Shown here one piece after another: positions 51,574 to 64,000 of a DNA stretch of 64,000 bases; position 1 is the stretch's first letter, and every line of letters starts with the position of its first letter. A model generated the notes under the pieces. That model saw only the letters and a list, made by a program, of their open reading frames with translations. It did not search any database and was not told the DNA's origin. The translations under genes and the position numbers were made by a program. The stretch is from Octopus sinensis (taxonomy: Eukaryota): the NCBI RefSeq assembly GCF_006345805.1, contig NC_043009.1, positions 65,534,001-65,598,000 on the forward strand, in the 5' to 3' direction.

Positions 51574-51965
51574 GTGGAGGCACAATGGCTCAGTGGTTAG
51601 GGCAGCGGACTCGCGGTCGGAGGATCGCGGTTTCGATTCCCAGACCGGGCGTTGTGTGTGTTTATTGAGCGAAAACACCAAAAGCTCCACGATGCTCCGG
51701 CAGGGGGTGGTGGCGACCCTTGTTGAACTCTTTTGCTCCAACTTCCTCTCACTCTTTTTTCCTGTTTTTTGTCCCCGACTTCCTACGCAACCGCTGAGCC
51801 TGGATGCGCATTCATCCATCCGTCGATGATTTCCGTGTCGGGGGTTGACCTGCTTTCTCTTCTGCGGGTCTTACGAATAGCAAAGGACCACGTTTCGAAC
51901 TTCTCCCACTCTGGGACGAAGACCGCTTCGCTCAACAGCAACAGCAACATCAGCAACAACAGCAC
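51574..51965 (+). mobile_element. SINE with family-D head and a third 3' module (D3)
   Basis: Head as D1; tail gtccccgacttcctacgcaaccgctgagcc...gaccgcttcgctcaac is shared with 61072-61290. Confidence 0.88.
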
Positions 51966-52280
51966 AAATAACGAGGCAACGGAGGAGCCTATGTACAGTC
52001 ACTTACCTGTTAAAAAGAGAAGTTAATCACCTTTCACCTTTAAACCGAAAGGTGGAGGGGGGGCTAAAAACAAATGAAGTATACATTGTGCAAAATGTAA
52101 TATCCTGAATACACAATAGGACAGGATGGTCACGAGAGGATGGTCATGAAAGGATCAACACGGTAGATATTACATTGACCAATTTATGCTGGGTGAGGGC
52201 TGGCCTGGATCGAGATAACAAAAACTTCTACAACGATGACAAAATAACAACAAGAGTCATTAAAACAATAAATAAATAAA

Positions 52281-52530
52281 TGCGTCCGTTTCAGGCCTAG
52301 CCAGGCTCATGGGCCCGGTTTCCCGGTTTCAGTGGCGTATGTGTTCCCCAGCTGGACGGGGCTCCACTCCATCGCAGCGTTACTCATTTTTTGCCAGCTG
52401 AGGGGACTGGAGCAACGTGAAATGAAGTGTTTTGCTCAAGAACACAACGCGTCGCCCGGTCCAGGAATCGAAACCACAATCTTACGATCATGATGCTGAC
52501 ACTCTAACCACTAAGCCACGCGCCTCCACC
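52281..52530 (-). mobile_element. CORE-type SINE family F, full length
   Basis: Minus strand A box TGGCTTAGTGG; B box GGTTTCGATTCC; CORE-like body; (TTTA)n tail. Confidence 0.85.
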
Positions 52531-53054
52531 ATCAAAATAATACTTAATAATTAATTAGAATAATGATTAGATCAGCAGTCAATAGGATTGCATAAATCAA
52601 AGTAAAATAATTATTTTGTATCTGTACTCTATGCTCAAAATTACTTAATTATATTGTATATGTGTTTGTGTTCAAATCGCAGACACAATCGAAGCGTTTA
52701 ACATAATGAAACAATGTCATGGGGATCTACAGATTAAAAGATATATCGATAGGAGCTTAAATAAAAGTGAAATAACCTCATTAAGGAACCACTGGGGGTG
52801 CCGCAATTTTTTACGTGTTCCAGACCAAAGGCAGATGGAGAGATGTCTTAATAGATATATACAAAGTGATGCACAGATAAACTGATATGAAATGTTATAC
52901 CTAAAAGTAGTTTTGATCAAATGGCAGCATTTCGAAGAATTTTTTTTTTTTTTGAAATTCTTTGCTTTTGTTTAACTGATTAACATAACGCATTCAAATA
53001 TATATCGTGCAAAGGCCCAACAACTTTAGTAAGAATCTATAAATTAGTCGATAC

Positions 53055-53248
53055 TATCTTCTACTCTAGGCACAAGGCCTGAAATTGGAGGAGGGTGCCA
53101 GTCGATTAGATCGACCGCAGTACGCAACAGGTACTTAATGTATCGACCACGGAAGGATGAAAGGCAAAGTCGACTTCGGTGGAATCTAAAGTCAGAACGT
53201 AAAAGACATTTCGCCCGGCGTGTTAACGTTTCTGCCAGCTCGCTGCCT
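53055..53248 (-). mobile_element. SINE family A (tail A1)
   Basis: Family-A body with a small deletion in the head. Confidence 0.85.
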
Positions 53249-53734
53249 TTATAAATTAGTCAAGACTGGAAGAGTAATAGTGGAACAAATAAAGAATGGC
53301 TATGAAAGAATGCTGGAATAACAGTTTAAATGTAGTACCGTCTTTGGAATACTCAGAAATATTGAAAGTGCACATACACAAACTCATTCCTACACGCACA
53401 CATATACACACACTAGACACACACTTGGTTATCACATAAGAATATACAATGAGTTGACCAGATTTGCGGTATAAACATATGCACACCTTCAAATGAACGT
53501 AATGTGTTCGAGTATATATATATACATTTCGAAATATTAAAATTATAATTTACTCCCTGGTCGAAAACTGCAGTTTCTGCGGGATTGCTCGTAACATACA
53601 CGTGGGTATTAAGGATAAATATGTGTTCACATTCGGCTGTATATTTTTGGAAGTGTTGGTTAAATATCAGTCATGCGATGACGCTCGATCGCGTACATAT
53701 TTCATCCTAGCACTCTCAAATTTATATTTGAAAT

Positions 53735-53802
53735 GCCGCACTGAAGAGGTGAAATAAGTAAGTAAATATTACTTTACTTTAATCCCGAAACGCGTATGTA
53801 GC
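53735..53802 (+). ncRNA. Candidate minimal type-I hammerhead ribozyme (Penelope-like)
   Basis: GCCGCA-CTGAAGA-[GG...AAGTAAGTAA/TTACTTTACTT...CC]-GAAA-C-GC-GTA-TGTAGC: intact core, stems I and II, and palindromic stem III (ACGCGT). Confidence 0.65.
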
Positions 53803-54217
53803 TAATCTGAGTCATGTGGATTCGTTATCTTTTTCTTTTTTCCTACATAAAAAAGTGTGTTGCTACTTGGGTGATCTTTACGGTAGCAGAAAAGGAATTT
53901 TAACTCCTATTTCTAAATTCGGTGCGTGGTGAAGCAATTAGCTGACCCCTAATTATAAAAATGTTTATAATTATAGAACATATATATATATATATATATA
54001 TATATAGTTGAAATTTATAGAAAGACAAAAGACGAAGACAGGTCTATGAACAACAAGCAAGTGTATTAGTTTGCCGCTCGGGAAACATCATGAAAACATC
54101 TTTTACGTTGAGAGAGGGGCGGCAATAATGCGAATAAACCTAGTATACATATATGTATACATGCAAAACAAAGATTGGAGACTTCCAGACGATGAATAAT
54201 TAAATATAAATATATTC

Positions 54218-54616
54218 TTTCCTACTCCTGGCACAAGGCTTGAAATTTTTGAGAGGGGGGGGGGAGTCGATTACATGACCCTAGTATGCAACTGGTACTT
54301 ATTCAATGGGCCCCGAAAGGATGAAAGACAAAATCAACTACGGCGGAATTTGAACTCAGAACAAAATACCGGCAGACGAAATACCTATTTCTTTACTACC
54401 CACAAGGGATAAACACAGAAGGGACAAACAAGGACAGACAAACGGATTAAGTCGATTATATCGACCCCAGTGCGTAACTGGTACTTATTTAATCGACCCC
54501 GAATGGATGAAAGGCAAAGTCGACCACGGCGGAATTTGAACTCAGAACGTAACGGCAGACGAAATACTGCTAAGCATTTCACCCGGCGTGCTAACGTTTC
54601 TGACTGCTCGCCGCCT
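54218..54616 (-). mobile_element. SINE family A dimer (A2a joined to a headless A1)
   Basis: Junction GACGAAATAC|CTATTTCTTTACTACCCAC near 54383. Confidence 0.9.
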
Positions 54617-54986
54617 TTAAAGATAAATATATTGATGTTTATATTAATATATCCAATTTATACGGTACATATTTGAACTTCTCTGCATTAAGATCTGGAA
54701 TGTAAGATCTTTCCTACCCTGATGACAGAGCATCGTCTTATCCAATGTTAACTGTATCCATTACGACTGCATATTGTGATGAACTATAACTACCAACACT
54801 ATGACGGATACCTGAGCCCCCAGAAACATCTGTTGGACTTATAACACCTTTATTCCACCCCTTTGATTTTCTCTATATCGTTTGTACTCTGTGTAAATTA
54901 GATCTATTAATATAAATACCTGCATATTTATATTTCGTTTTTGGATTGACAAGGCTGCAAGACGCAACGAAAATTTGAGAAGGGAG

Positions 54987-55420
54987 TCAGATGAAGAGGT
55001 GAGGGGAGTTGAGCCCATGTAGAGCAAAAGAGCGAAGAGAGAAGATTAAAAAAACTTTTCACGGTGAAGATGGGAGTCTGGATGGCCGCTGTTCAAAGAG
55101 AAATCGAACACAGGCAGGTGTTGTAATGAATGAAAGGTAGAGCGGAAATGGAACGCGACCGGGGTGTCATTGCCGAGTCTAATGCCTCGGAGGTGCTCCG
55201 AGAACTGGTCAGCCAAGCGGCGTCCCGTTTGACCGATGTACAGAGAAGGGCAGAAAGAGCAGGAGATGCTGTAAATGACGTGGCTAGAAATGCAGGTAAA
55301 GGAGTCAGTGATATGATAGGTACGATGATGGGTGCCTGTGAGGATGATGGTGTTGGAGAGGCAGAGGTAAGTGCGGCAATCCTTTCTACTATCACTTCCA
55401 TGTGGTGTCTCTGAACATAC
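54987..55420 (-). pseudogene. Penelope-like element GIY-YIG endonuclease C-terminal fragment
   Basis: CRTYLCLSNT...TYHITDSFTCISSHVIYSISCSFCPSLYIGQTGRRLADQFSEHLRGIR...HF...REK, then a frameshift in poly-T, then LIFSLRSFALHGLNSPHLFI*. Not in the ORF track (no start codon in this frame). Confidence 0.9.
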
Positions 55421-55674
55421 TGGTTTATTATGTGCTAGTTTATGATAGAATCCCCTCTAGGTCCTGTCTCTCAAATTTGCCCAAATGAAGTAGTGAATCA
55501 GATAGAGCTGCCCGTCGCAGCCCTTCTTTACCTTTCTTGCCCTCTTGACGGTTCGATAAACATTTGTGGGATTTTTGATTTAATACATCTACATCTTCCC
55601 TCATAGATCTGCGATTATAGTTTTATACTGCTTCTCTCAATCAACGGTTTTGGCTGGGGACTAGACCTTCCGTT

Positions 55675-55740
<66 letters not shown>

Positions 55741-55741
55741 T

Positions 55742-55845
55742 TGTATGAAAAGTCTTGAGCCTCAAAAAAATTAAAAAAAACATGATACAAGACTTCTGAT
55801 GAAGGTACAAGATTCCAAGGCTCAAAATTTTTTATACACCCCTCG
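55742..55845. mobile_element. Mariner-type MITE, copy 1 (left TIR clipped)
   Basis: Shares caagacttctgatgaaggtacaagatt with 58987-59093; ends tatacacccctcg|TA. Confidence 0.7.
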
Positions 55846-56143
55846 TATATATGCACACACACACATGCGCGCACGCACACGCACACACACACACACGTAG
55901 GTTATCTCTTTGTCTCTCATCATATATTTAGGGTTTAACAATATATTTAAATGATAAGTAATCATATTTATATCATATTTAGGACTTAACATTCAAGCTT
56001 AACCCTAAAGCATGTTCGTTTTGTAATCACTTGGAATCAGATTTTTGTTCTCCTTCCATTTTCTTACCATGTCTTGTGTTTTCGTTCTGTTGTAAACTAC
56101 GTTTAACTACAATGACCTAAAGCTCCCCTAAATAATAAATCAT

Positions 56144-56165
56144 AGACGTACTGTATACGCATACA

Positions 56166-56227
<62 letters not shown>

Positions 56228-56249
56228 TGTATGCGTATACAGTACGTCT
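56144..56249. repeat. Perfect 106-bp palindrome centred on (TA)30
   Basis: AGACGTACTGTATACGCATACAG-(TA)30-CTGTATGCGTATACAGTACGTCT. Confidence 0.95.
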
Positions 56250-56645
56250 GTATAATGTACGTCTGTATGTATAATGCCCTCTATATATAAATTAATATGT
56301 TCAATAAGAAATAATTATTTTCGAAATTTTTTCTCTTATGAGGTTTTTACGCTATCTACCTGACAATTTCTTGTTAAGTTTTCCTTATTAAGTAGTTGTC
56401 CTTAATTGCTATATATATATATATATATTTGTGAAGATGTGTGTGTGTGTATGCGTATCTTTGCACACACATATTTATGCATGAGTGTTCATATTTATAT
56501 ATACACACACATATACTTTGGTACACTTACAAAGTTCCTTTTACATGAAAGTATTAGTATACGTAATATTTTATTTATATATTTCGCCTAATATATTCAT
56601 ATATAAATATATGATTACATGAATATTCATACATGTATATATATA

Positions 56646-56728
<83 letters not shown>

Positions 56729-56806
56729 TATATGCATATATATAAATATATATGTACGTATATATGTATGTAAGTGTGTATATATATATTTACATATAAA
56801 TATATG

Positions 56807-56869
<63 letters not shown>

Positions 56870-57719
56870 TATGTATATTTGTATGTGTACGTTTATATAC
56901 ATATATATATATATATATATACTTGCCTACATGTGTGTGTGGGCGCACGTAAATTATGCATACGTATATCTAAAATCTAATTATTCTTATCAAAAATGAA
57001 ATATTGATGTAAACTAGTTGACCAATCACTGTCAAAAGCATGTTTCAAAGCAGCCAAAACACATGGCAGTTTAAATATTGAAGTAGTGAAAAATACTAAG
57101 AACTCGCTAACATTTTAAAGATTAATGATATATTTGAGAGAAAAAAAGCAAGCATCATGTTGTAAGTGAGAAATATCAATTACAGGGTTCTACCTCGGGC
57201 TATTACTTTCGTTGTAACAAGGACAAGACTTAGGACTGTCTTTCTCTTACTTGAACAGTAGAAACAACAGCCAAAGTGTTTTTCTGACAATCATATCCTG
57301 CAATTATAAATAAAATACAGGCATGTGATAATGCGTTTCTAGCAGAGCTTTGTCTGGAAATATGGCGGAATGTTTGTGGCTGGAATAATCTTGATGTTGG
57401 GTTTTAGTTGTTAAAGATGTAGTTGAGGGTAGACACCAGCGATCTCCGATTATCTTAAAAAGAAAGAAGAAAGAAGAAAAGAAAAGAAAGAAAACAAAAA
57501 AGTAATGGATGCTCTACTTTGTTGCTTGACCTGGTAGAAATAGCAACTAAATGTTCTTGTATTTACTCGCTTGCCTCTTATAGAGAAAAGTTACGTTTCG
57601 TAGAGTGATTCTAGACGTATTTCGAAACGATAAACAGTGAGATCGTTGCGATGGGAGCACTGGATCAGTATTGGCATGAACTAAATATCACCATCACCAC
57701 CACCAACAACAACAGCAAC

Positions 57720-57908
57720 AGCCGTCCAAGAATTTGGACCTGGAGATCTCTATTTCCAGCGACTTGGAGGGCCACCTCCCAGTGGTGTCGGGCGTCAACG
57801 AAGAGCCCTCGACTACAAGACGACCAAAGATTTTTTCCCCCAAGGTCTGGGGTCTCCTGCCCCTAAGCCCTAGACCATGACCTAATCTTACCCGTCTTGT
57901 TGCTTAAC
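57720..57908 (+). mobile_element. Dispersed element G, copy 2
   Basis: Matches 21831-22030; flanked by AAC/AGC repeats. Confidence 0.8.
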
Positions 57909-58986
57909 AACAACAATAACAACAACAACAACAACAACAGCAGCAGCAGCAACATCAACAACAACAACAGTAGCAACTTTGGCTTTATCTTCTGTATATG
58001 TACGTAGAATGTTTAGATCCTTCCTTTTAGCGTAGCGAATCAAGCTGACGTAGCAGAGAATTTGGTTTGAATTCATTATTGTGGATGACGTCCATCTTCG
58101 CTTCAATTGAGTCTGCGTACAATTTGAAACATTGTTAAGAAATCCATAGAAAAGCTGTATAAGGTCTCGGGAAACGCTAGTTGATTTGTCGTGTTTTTTG
58201 CGCATCCTGTCACTGACAGGGTAATATAATCAAATACCAGCCGACCATTGTTGGATATCAAAGCCCCAGTCTATGCGGATGAAATTAAATTGTGCAGAGA
58301 ATAATGGGTTATCGCTACAAATATCACAAATACCATAAAAATTGGTCAACGCTGGAACATCTCTGGCCAACAAAGGAACGTCAACCCGGTCGCACGTCTT
58401 TCTAGAAATAGCAGCCACATCTCCCTCAAAATAACACTGTACCCTTCTGAAAATATATTACATTAGATAGTATATTCTTAGATAAACTATTTCTAAATAA
58501 AGATAGGATCGACACGGTTGGAGCGTCTTTGATTAAAGGTCTACAGCATCAAAGCTGAGTTGGTTTTAAATAGCAACAAATGACAAACTTTGCATTGAAA
58601 TTTAGTACTGAGTTCAATTTCTGCAGAGGCTGAAACCAGAGAAATGAAATCTGGGGTAAAAGGGGTTAGTAGAGGTTTTGATTAGGGTCCGCTGTTTTAC
58701 TCCAGATCAGTTTTGATGAATCCCATCTAGCATCAGGAGCATCCCTGCATCGTTCATTCTGTTGCTTTTTTTCTGGATGGGTAGTATGTTCACTATTACA
58801 TTATCGAAAGGTTCTTTGGTTTTCTAAGGTAGGTTATGTGATTTAAGATACTTCACCCTCCAAGGACTTCTTTGGTTTCCCATAAGTCAATCTCAGACCA
58901 TAAGAAATGTGAACAATTGCATTTCAACCGTGACCAATCTGTCTTTTTGCTACTACGTAGAACTACACTACTGTCCGTTTATCTTA

Positions 58987-59093
58987 CGAGGGGTGTAAGA
59001 ACTTAAAAAAAACATAGTCCAAGACTTCTGATGAAGGTACAAGATTTCGAAGCTCGAAGGTTTGAAGGCTCAAAACTTTTCATACATCCCTCG
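58987..59093. mobile_element. Mariner-type MITE, copy 2
   Basis: TA|CGAGGGGTGTA...TACATCCCTCG|TA terminal inverted repeats with TA TSD. Confidence 0.8.
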
Positions 59094-61071
59094 TACATAA
59101 GGCAGCAGAGTACGATTTCTAGCTGTTCAAGAGATCATACAGAATCATTGACTAGAATAGTGATGGAAGAACTGAAGCAGGTCGAAAGGGAAAATAACCA
59201 CCGGCACCAGCACCACCACCACCACTGCTTCGTCAAAGAAATATTAGTAGACCAAGAATAAATGACTTAACTTTTGGTGTGCATTTATTTCTTATCAGGT
59301 AACGAAAACTCAGTTCAGCTTGGAGATATGCATTGCCGGCTTTGAAATTATTCTAAAAACGTAAAGGATTTATCCGCCAACGAACAAGTAATCTCTCATT
59401 TTGCTAGTTATAGAAATCTCGCATCAATAGAAACCTCTTCTGAAGGGACACATTGGTTAATGTATTCTTTGATAAATTGGCTGAAATAATAATAATAGGA
59501 TGGACATGACTTGACTGGATTTAATATTCAATATCTTAATTCAACGACAACGATGACGACAATAGAAACTTCACATGGTTGACCTCCACCTACAAGAAAA
59601 TGCAGCCAAATCTCTTATAAATTTCCACCTACTTCAAACTAAACAGTCTACTGAATACTGAACACAAAATACACAATATTTGAAAGAAGGGAATAAAATT
59701 ATGATCAGTACTGGGAGGTCTTTAATCTGATGCAGCAATCAAGGTTAGTCTATGAATAATCAGTTACAAGAACTATCAAAAGAACCTGTATACTATGTCT
59801 CGGTCATTTAGAAATAGAAGCCAAATATCTCAAAGATCTGCACTTAAGCTTCATAAATAAAGGAGAACGTATTAGATGTGACACTTCTCGACGTATTGTT
59901 TCAAAAGAAAAGAAAAGGACAGATGGTCGTGGCTTTTAACAGTTTTTCTAGATTAGAGGTAAGACACGAAATTAAAAACCAAAACACCAAAGCAACAACA
60001 AAGACATTACCACCAATATCCGAGAAGGTAACTCAACATTCAAGAATCGTCGAACATTTCTCATATCCACAAAGTGCCATCCAAAAAAAAAAAAACAAAC
60101 AAAAAAAAACAAGGTGTGGGAATATACTAGATTGGTTTTGTTCGCTTCTATCAGAATCTAAACAAGAGTAATGAAACAATAACAACAAAATGTGTTCAGA
60201 GTTGTACGCAAACTGTCCAATTTACTGACGACATTAATATTAACGCTGTTATATTTAGTTAGTTTGTTAAGAAGCGAAATAAGAAAAAATCTCTCTGCTG
60301 CAACACATTAAGTTTTCTGTTCAAGTACAGCAATTTTAACTGCAAAAATTTCACCTTCCTCTTCGTTTCTTCTCAAACACGGGATTAATACGGTTTTTCG
60401 AGCTTACACATCGAAGATTACTTTTGATTTTAGCATTTACTATTCTTTGTTTCACTGTCAAGCTCACGAATAGTATGACACGTATGGGAATTATCGAATA
60501 GTCTCCACTTTTAAAAGATTTCCTTATCACAGTTTTGACCTTACACAAGTTCCCTGAAGTATTTCTCATATTTTTCTCTTTATTTTCGTTCATTATATGT
60601 TTTGTTTTAATTTTTTTTCTCCTTCCATTTTCTCTGCTAGTTACTGATCCGGATTCTCCGTAAATGACAGCAAGTTTCGTTGTAGTTTTCCTCTTTAAGA
60701 TTTAATACCATTCGCAATAGGTAGGAACAGAAATATAGATAGAGGAGAGAAAAACAAAGGTGGAGCGGTAAGATAGAAGGACGAGAGAAATTTGGGCTTG
60801 ATGGAAAGAAATAAGTAAAGAATGAAACGTTATTGGAAGATTTGGATGACGAAAGAAACTGGAGAAATATGAAATAAGGTAGAATGAAAGAGGGAAAGTA
60901 TATGGAGACGAAGGCGAAAATAAAAACAACAATTAATGAAATAAAGTACTTTAAAATTTCTAGAATGAGATGAAACAAAATATAATAGAGAATATAAAAA
61001 AGGGGAGCAAAAAACATCGGATGCAATGATGGAGATAAATCATTATCATCATCATCAGCAGCAGCAGCAGC

Positions 61072-61290
61072 ACTCCACGAGACTCCGGCAGGGGGGGGGA
61101 GACCCCTGTTGTACTCTTTCGCCCCAACTTTCTCTCACTCTTTCTTCCTGTTTCTTGTCCCCGACTTCCTACGCAACCGCTGAGCCACTTGGTGTCGGGG
61201 GTTGACCTGCCTTCTCTTCTGCGGGTCTTACGAATAGCAAAGGACCACGTTTCGGACTTCTAGGACGAAGACCGCTTCGCTCAACAAACA
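61072..61290 (+). mobile_element. 5'-truncated D3 SINE
   Basis: Matches 51685-51935; starts in an (AGC)n run. Confidence 0.85.
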
Positions 61291-62324
61291 AACAGATAAA
61301 GCAGCAGCAGCATCATATTCAAGTTAACTATTGAGCCCGATGTCTGGAAATGTGTCTTCTAGCTTCAGAACTAACGGTTTTGTGTCCATGTTAGAAATCC
61401 TTGTTGCTTATGATTGCTGTTGTAGTTGTTGTCGTCGTTGTTGTTCTTATTGTCACTTGCCGCCAAAACCTGGACTGCTCATTAAAAATGCACCAACGCA
61501 TATTTCTCTTGCTACAATTACAAATGTGTTCGATGTCATTCTACCAGAAACCATGTACAGATATTAAACCAAACAGAAAAGAGAAGCAATTCTGTGCAGA
61601 TGCTTGTCGACGAAAATACACAAATTAAAGCAGATGCCTTCAGACCAAGCTGAACTATATTTAAATAATATATAGAATGGCATCGGTTTTATGGGATATG
61701 CCCCCTAATTCGTGTATAACTAGTTATGTTTCAGTCTAAAATTCTAACTCGGAAGCAGTCCACAACCCAAAAACTTCACGTTCATGCCGATTTATCTTAA
61801 ATGAAGAATGATCCGACTGAAACTCACAAATATACCAAATTAAACTACATTTTGTGGCTGATAAAATCTGAAATTTACAAAATTCTTACACGCTTCTATA
61901 AATAAAGTGGTATTATTCATTTTTACAAAACGAATGGACGGCGTTAACGTGAAATGAAACGTTTTGCTCAAGAACACAACGCATAACACGAGGCATGGAT
62001 AAATTAACTTTATACACGTTAAGTTCGTTTTTGTATGTCATGTGAGAACTCATACGGTGTAATGTGATGAATATATAGGAAATACATGTTGTTGCATTAT
62101 GTCCAGCTGACGAGCTTAAGTATATTTTTCATACAGAAAGCTAAATCAATTAATCCCGGAATTTACGCATTCCTTACTTCTGTAGTTCATACACGGTAAG
62201 CCTATTTCTATTATGTTTGTTGCATTCACCGTGTGTATTTTAATTGTGAGTAATTTGTGGTTTTAGAGAGCGATAGGTATGTTTATAGCAAGTGGTATTT
62301 TAATACCCTACTGAATTCTGTATA

Positions 62325-62721
62325 TCTCTCTCTATATATATGAAGCTGAGGTTGTCTGTGGATGGCAGGTTTGGTAGCCTTCAACTAACATTATCTACTC
62401 CGAGGCTCTGCTGCGCAAGTTGACCAAAATTGAGAGTATGATAAAAGAAGGCTTGCTCTTCCTTCCGTAGAAGAAAAAATTCAAATCGCACTATGTTAAC
62501 ACCAAAAGTTATTTACATCAAAACTGTGCTTTTTTTCTTTGAAAATCCCTATTTTTTTACGATTTTTTTACTACTGTGTCGCTACTTTTCGGTGTATTTC
62601 AATCAGAAAAATGTTCACTTAAAGAGAATAACAAGCTACATAATGCAAAATTTTTACTTTTCAAAAATTCCAATTCTAAAGGGTCGAAACAAACCCGAGC
62701 AACGCTGGGCGTTACTACTAG
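62325..62721 (+). mobile_element. Non-autonomous Helitron-like element (~397 bp)
   Basis: A|TCTCTCTCTATATATATGAAG start; CCCGAGCAACGCTGGG hairpin and CTAG|T end; no TSD. Confidence 0.8.
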
Positions 62722-62732
62722 TATATATATAT

Positions 62733-62769
<37 letters not shown>

Positions 62770-63324
62770 GATTAATAAAAGAAAATTGAGAAGAAATATC
62801 ACGGTGTAAAAAAGTAATACATGTAATATTTGAGATTTACAGGAACAGAAATTAACAAAAGAAATAAACATAAAAGAATCTTACACATGTTTCCATCCGG
62901 CCATTAGGTTTCGATTATCACCATTGAAGCGATGTTAGATGTAAAATAACCCTACATTATGACCGGATATCATTGGTGTTGAGCAACGAAATAACTAAGA
63001 GAGGACCGTATTTTCAAATATTCAAAAAACGCAAACAATAATTCATTAGGACGCAGAGGTCGTGGGGGGAGAGATTATCGAATGAAATCTTGCTAAAATA
63101 CTATAATGTATTTAAAAAATAGACTTACAAATGTTGATAATAAAGTAGTCGTATAGTTAGAATAAGGGCTCTTAAGGGTATTGAAGACAAATCGAAAGAT
63201 GAAATAGATTTTTGAGTGGGAAAAATAATCATAAATGATTTGAGAGATAAACGAGAAAAATAATTAGATATTATATACTAAAATAACTATTCATTATTTA
63301 GCATTTCAGTATACTAACGTATAT

Positions 63325-63558
63325 ATGTGTATATCTATCTATGCGTGTGTGTGTCGTTGTGTCTGTGTTTGTCCACCCCACCTCATCACTTGATGATCCG
63401 CATTGCTGTTTGCATCTCCGTAACTTAGCGGTTCCACGAATGTGACAGATAGAATAAGTACCAGGCTTAAAAACTGTCCAGGGGTCGATACATTCGACCA
63501 AAAGGTCAAGGCGGTGCTTCAGCATGGCCGTAGTCTAATGACTGTAACAAATAAAAGA
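63325..63558 (+). mobile_element. SINE family B, 3' half
   Basis: gtaacttagcggttc...agaataagtacc...ggcggtgcttcagcatggccgtagtctaatgactg. Confidence 0.8.
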
Positions 63559-63688
63559 ACAGAATTAGTGCAACACCCTAACCACGCCCTTCGACACACG
63601 CTCATACATGCACACACAAACACATGCACACACAAACACACACATACATATAGGGGAAGTGTGGTATATGTATACGTGAGTGTGTGCG

Positions 63689-63757
<69 letters not shown>

Positions 63758-64000
63758 AAAAAGAGAGGAAACAAAGAAATAGAGGAGAGAGAAGGAAGGA
63801 AAAAAGGGTACAGATATTTTGGATTCACCTGAGATTCGAAATTGTGTTAGAGTTTTCAGCTGACCCGGAGGATTTGCCATTGTTGTGCAGTGCTTATGTG
63901 GCACAATTTTATGCATTTGTTGCAGCCTCGTGTCAACTAATTAGGGTTTCATGCAAAAGTGCTCTTTTATAAACGCATAGGTAGTTGCACACACACACAC

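Noticed and set aside
55093-55414. 94-aa (+) and 102-aa (-) ORFs that look like real proteins
   Set aside because: They are alternative frames of the Penelope GIY-YIG remnant encoded in another minus frame.
55790-55822. CTGATGA inside the mariner MITE copies (also ~59028) as a hammerhead
   Set aside because: There is no stem II or correctly placed GAAA. The CTGAAGA hits at ~37120, ~39363 and ~2289 fail in the same way.
60637-61026. Hydrophobic 129-aa minus-strand ORF resembling a membrane protein
   Set aside because: It is the antisense reading of purine-rich low-complexity DNA, with no motif or splice support.

Overview
Eukaryotic, AT-rich, repeat-saturated DNA with no intact host gene that I can support. 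The microsatellite load and the repeat families point to a coleoid cephalopod, probably Octopus (inference). The window reads as a large intron or intergenic tract. It holds dozens of tRNA-headed SINE copies in several modular families, which I label A, B, C/F and D as working names. It also holds decayed non-LTR retroelement fragments (CR1-type RT C-terminus, RTE-type RT, R4/Dong-like restriction-like endonuclease, Penelope GIY-YIG and linker), Tc1/mariner, piggyBac-like and Helitron/Helentron-like non-autonomous elements, a 17/21-bp minisatellite, a ~540-bp triplication and many microsatellites. Almost all ORFs in the supplied track come from simple repeats or the antisense strand of transposon remnants. 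Best second-look items: a minimal hammerhead-ribozyme fold at 53735-53802 with degenerate relatives; a SINE that recurrently joins its own family at one fixed site; head/tail swapping among SINEs; a SINE-LINE shared 3' hairpin with compensatory changes; and a perfect 106-bp palindrome centred on (TA)30.
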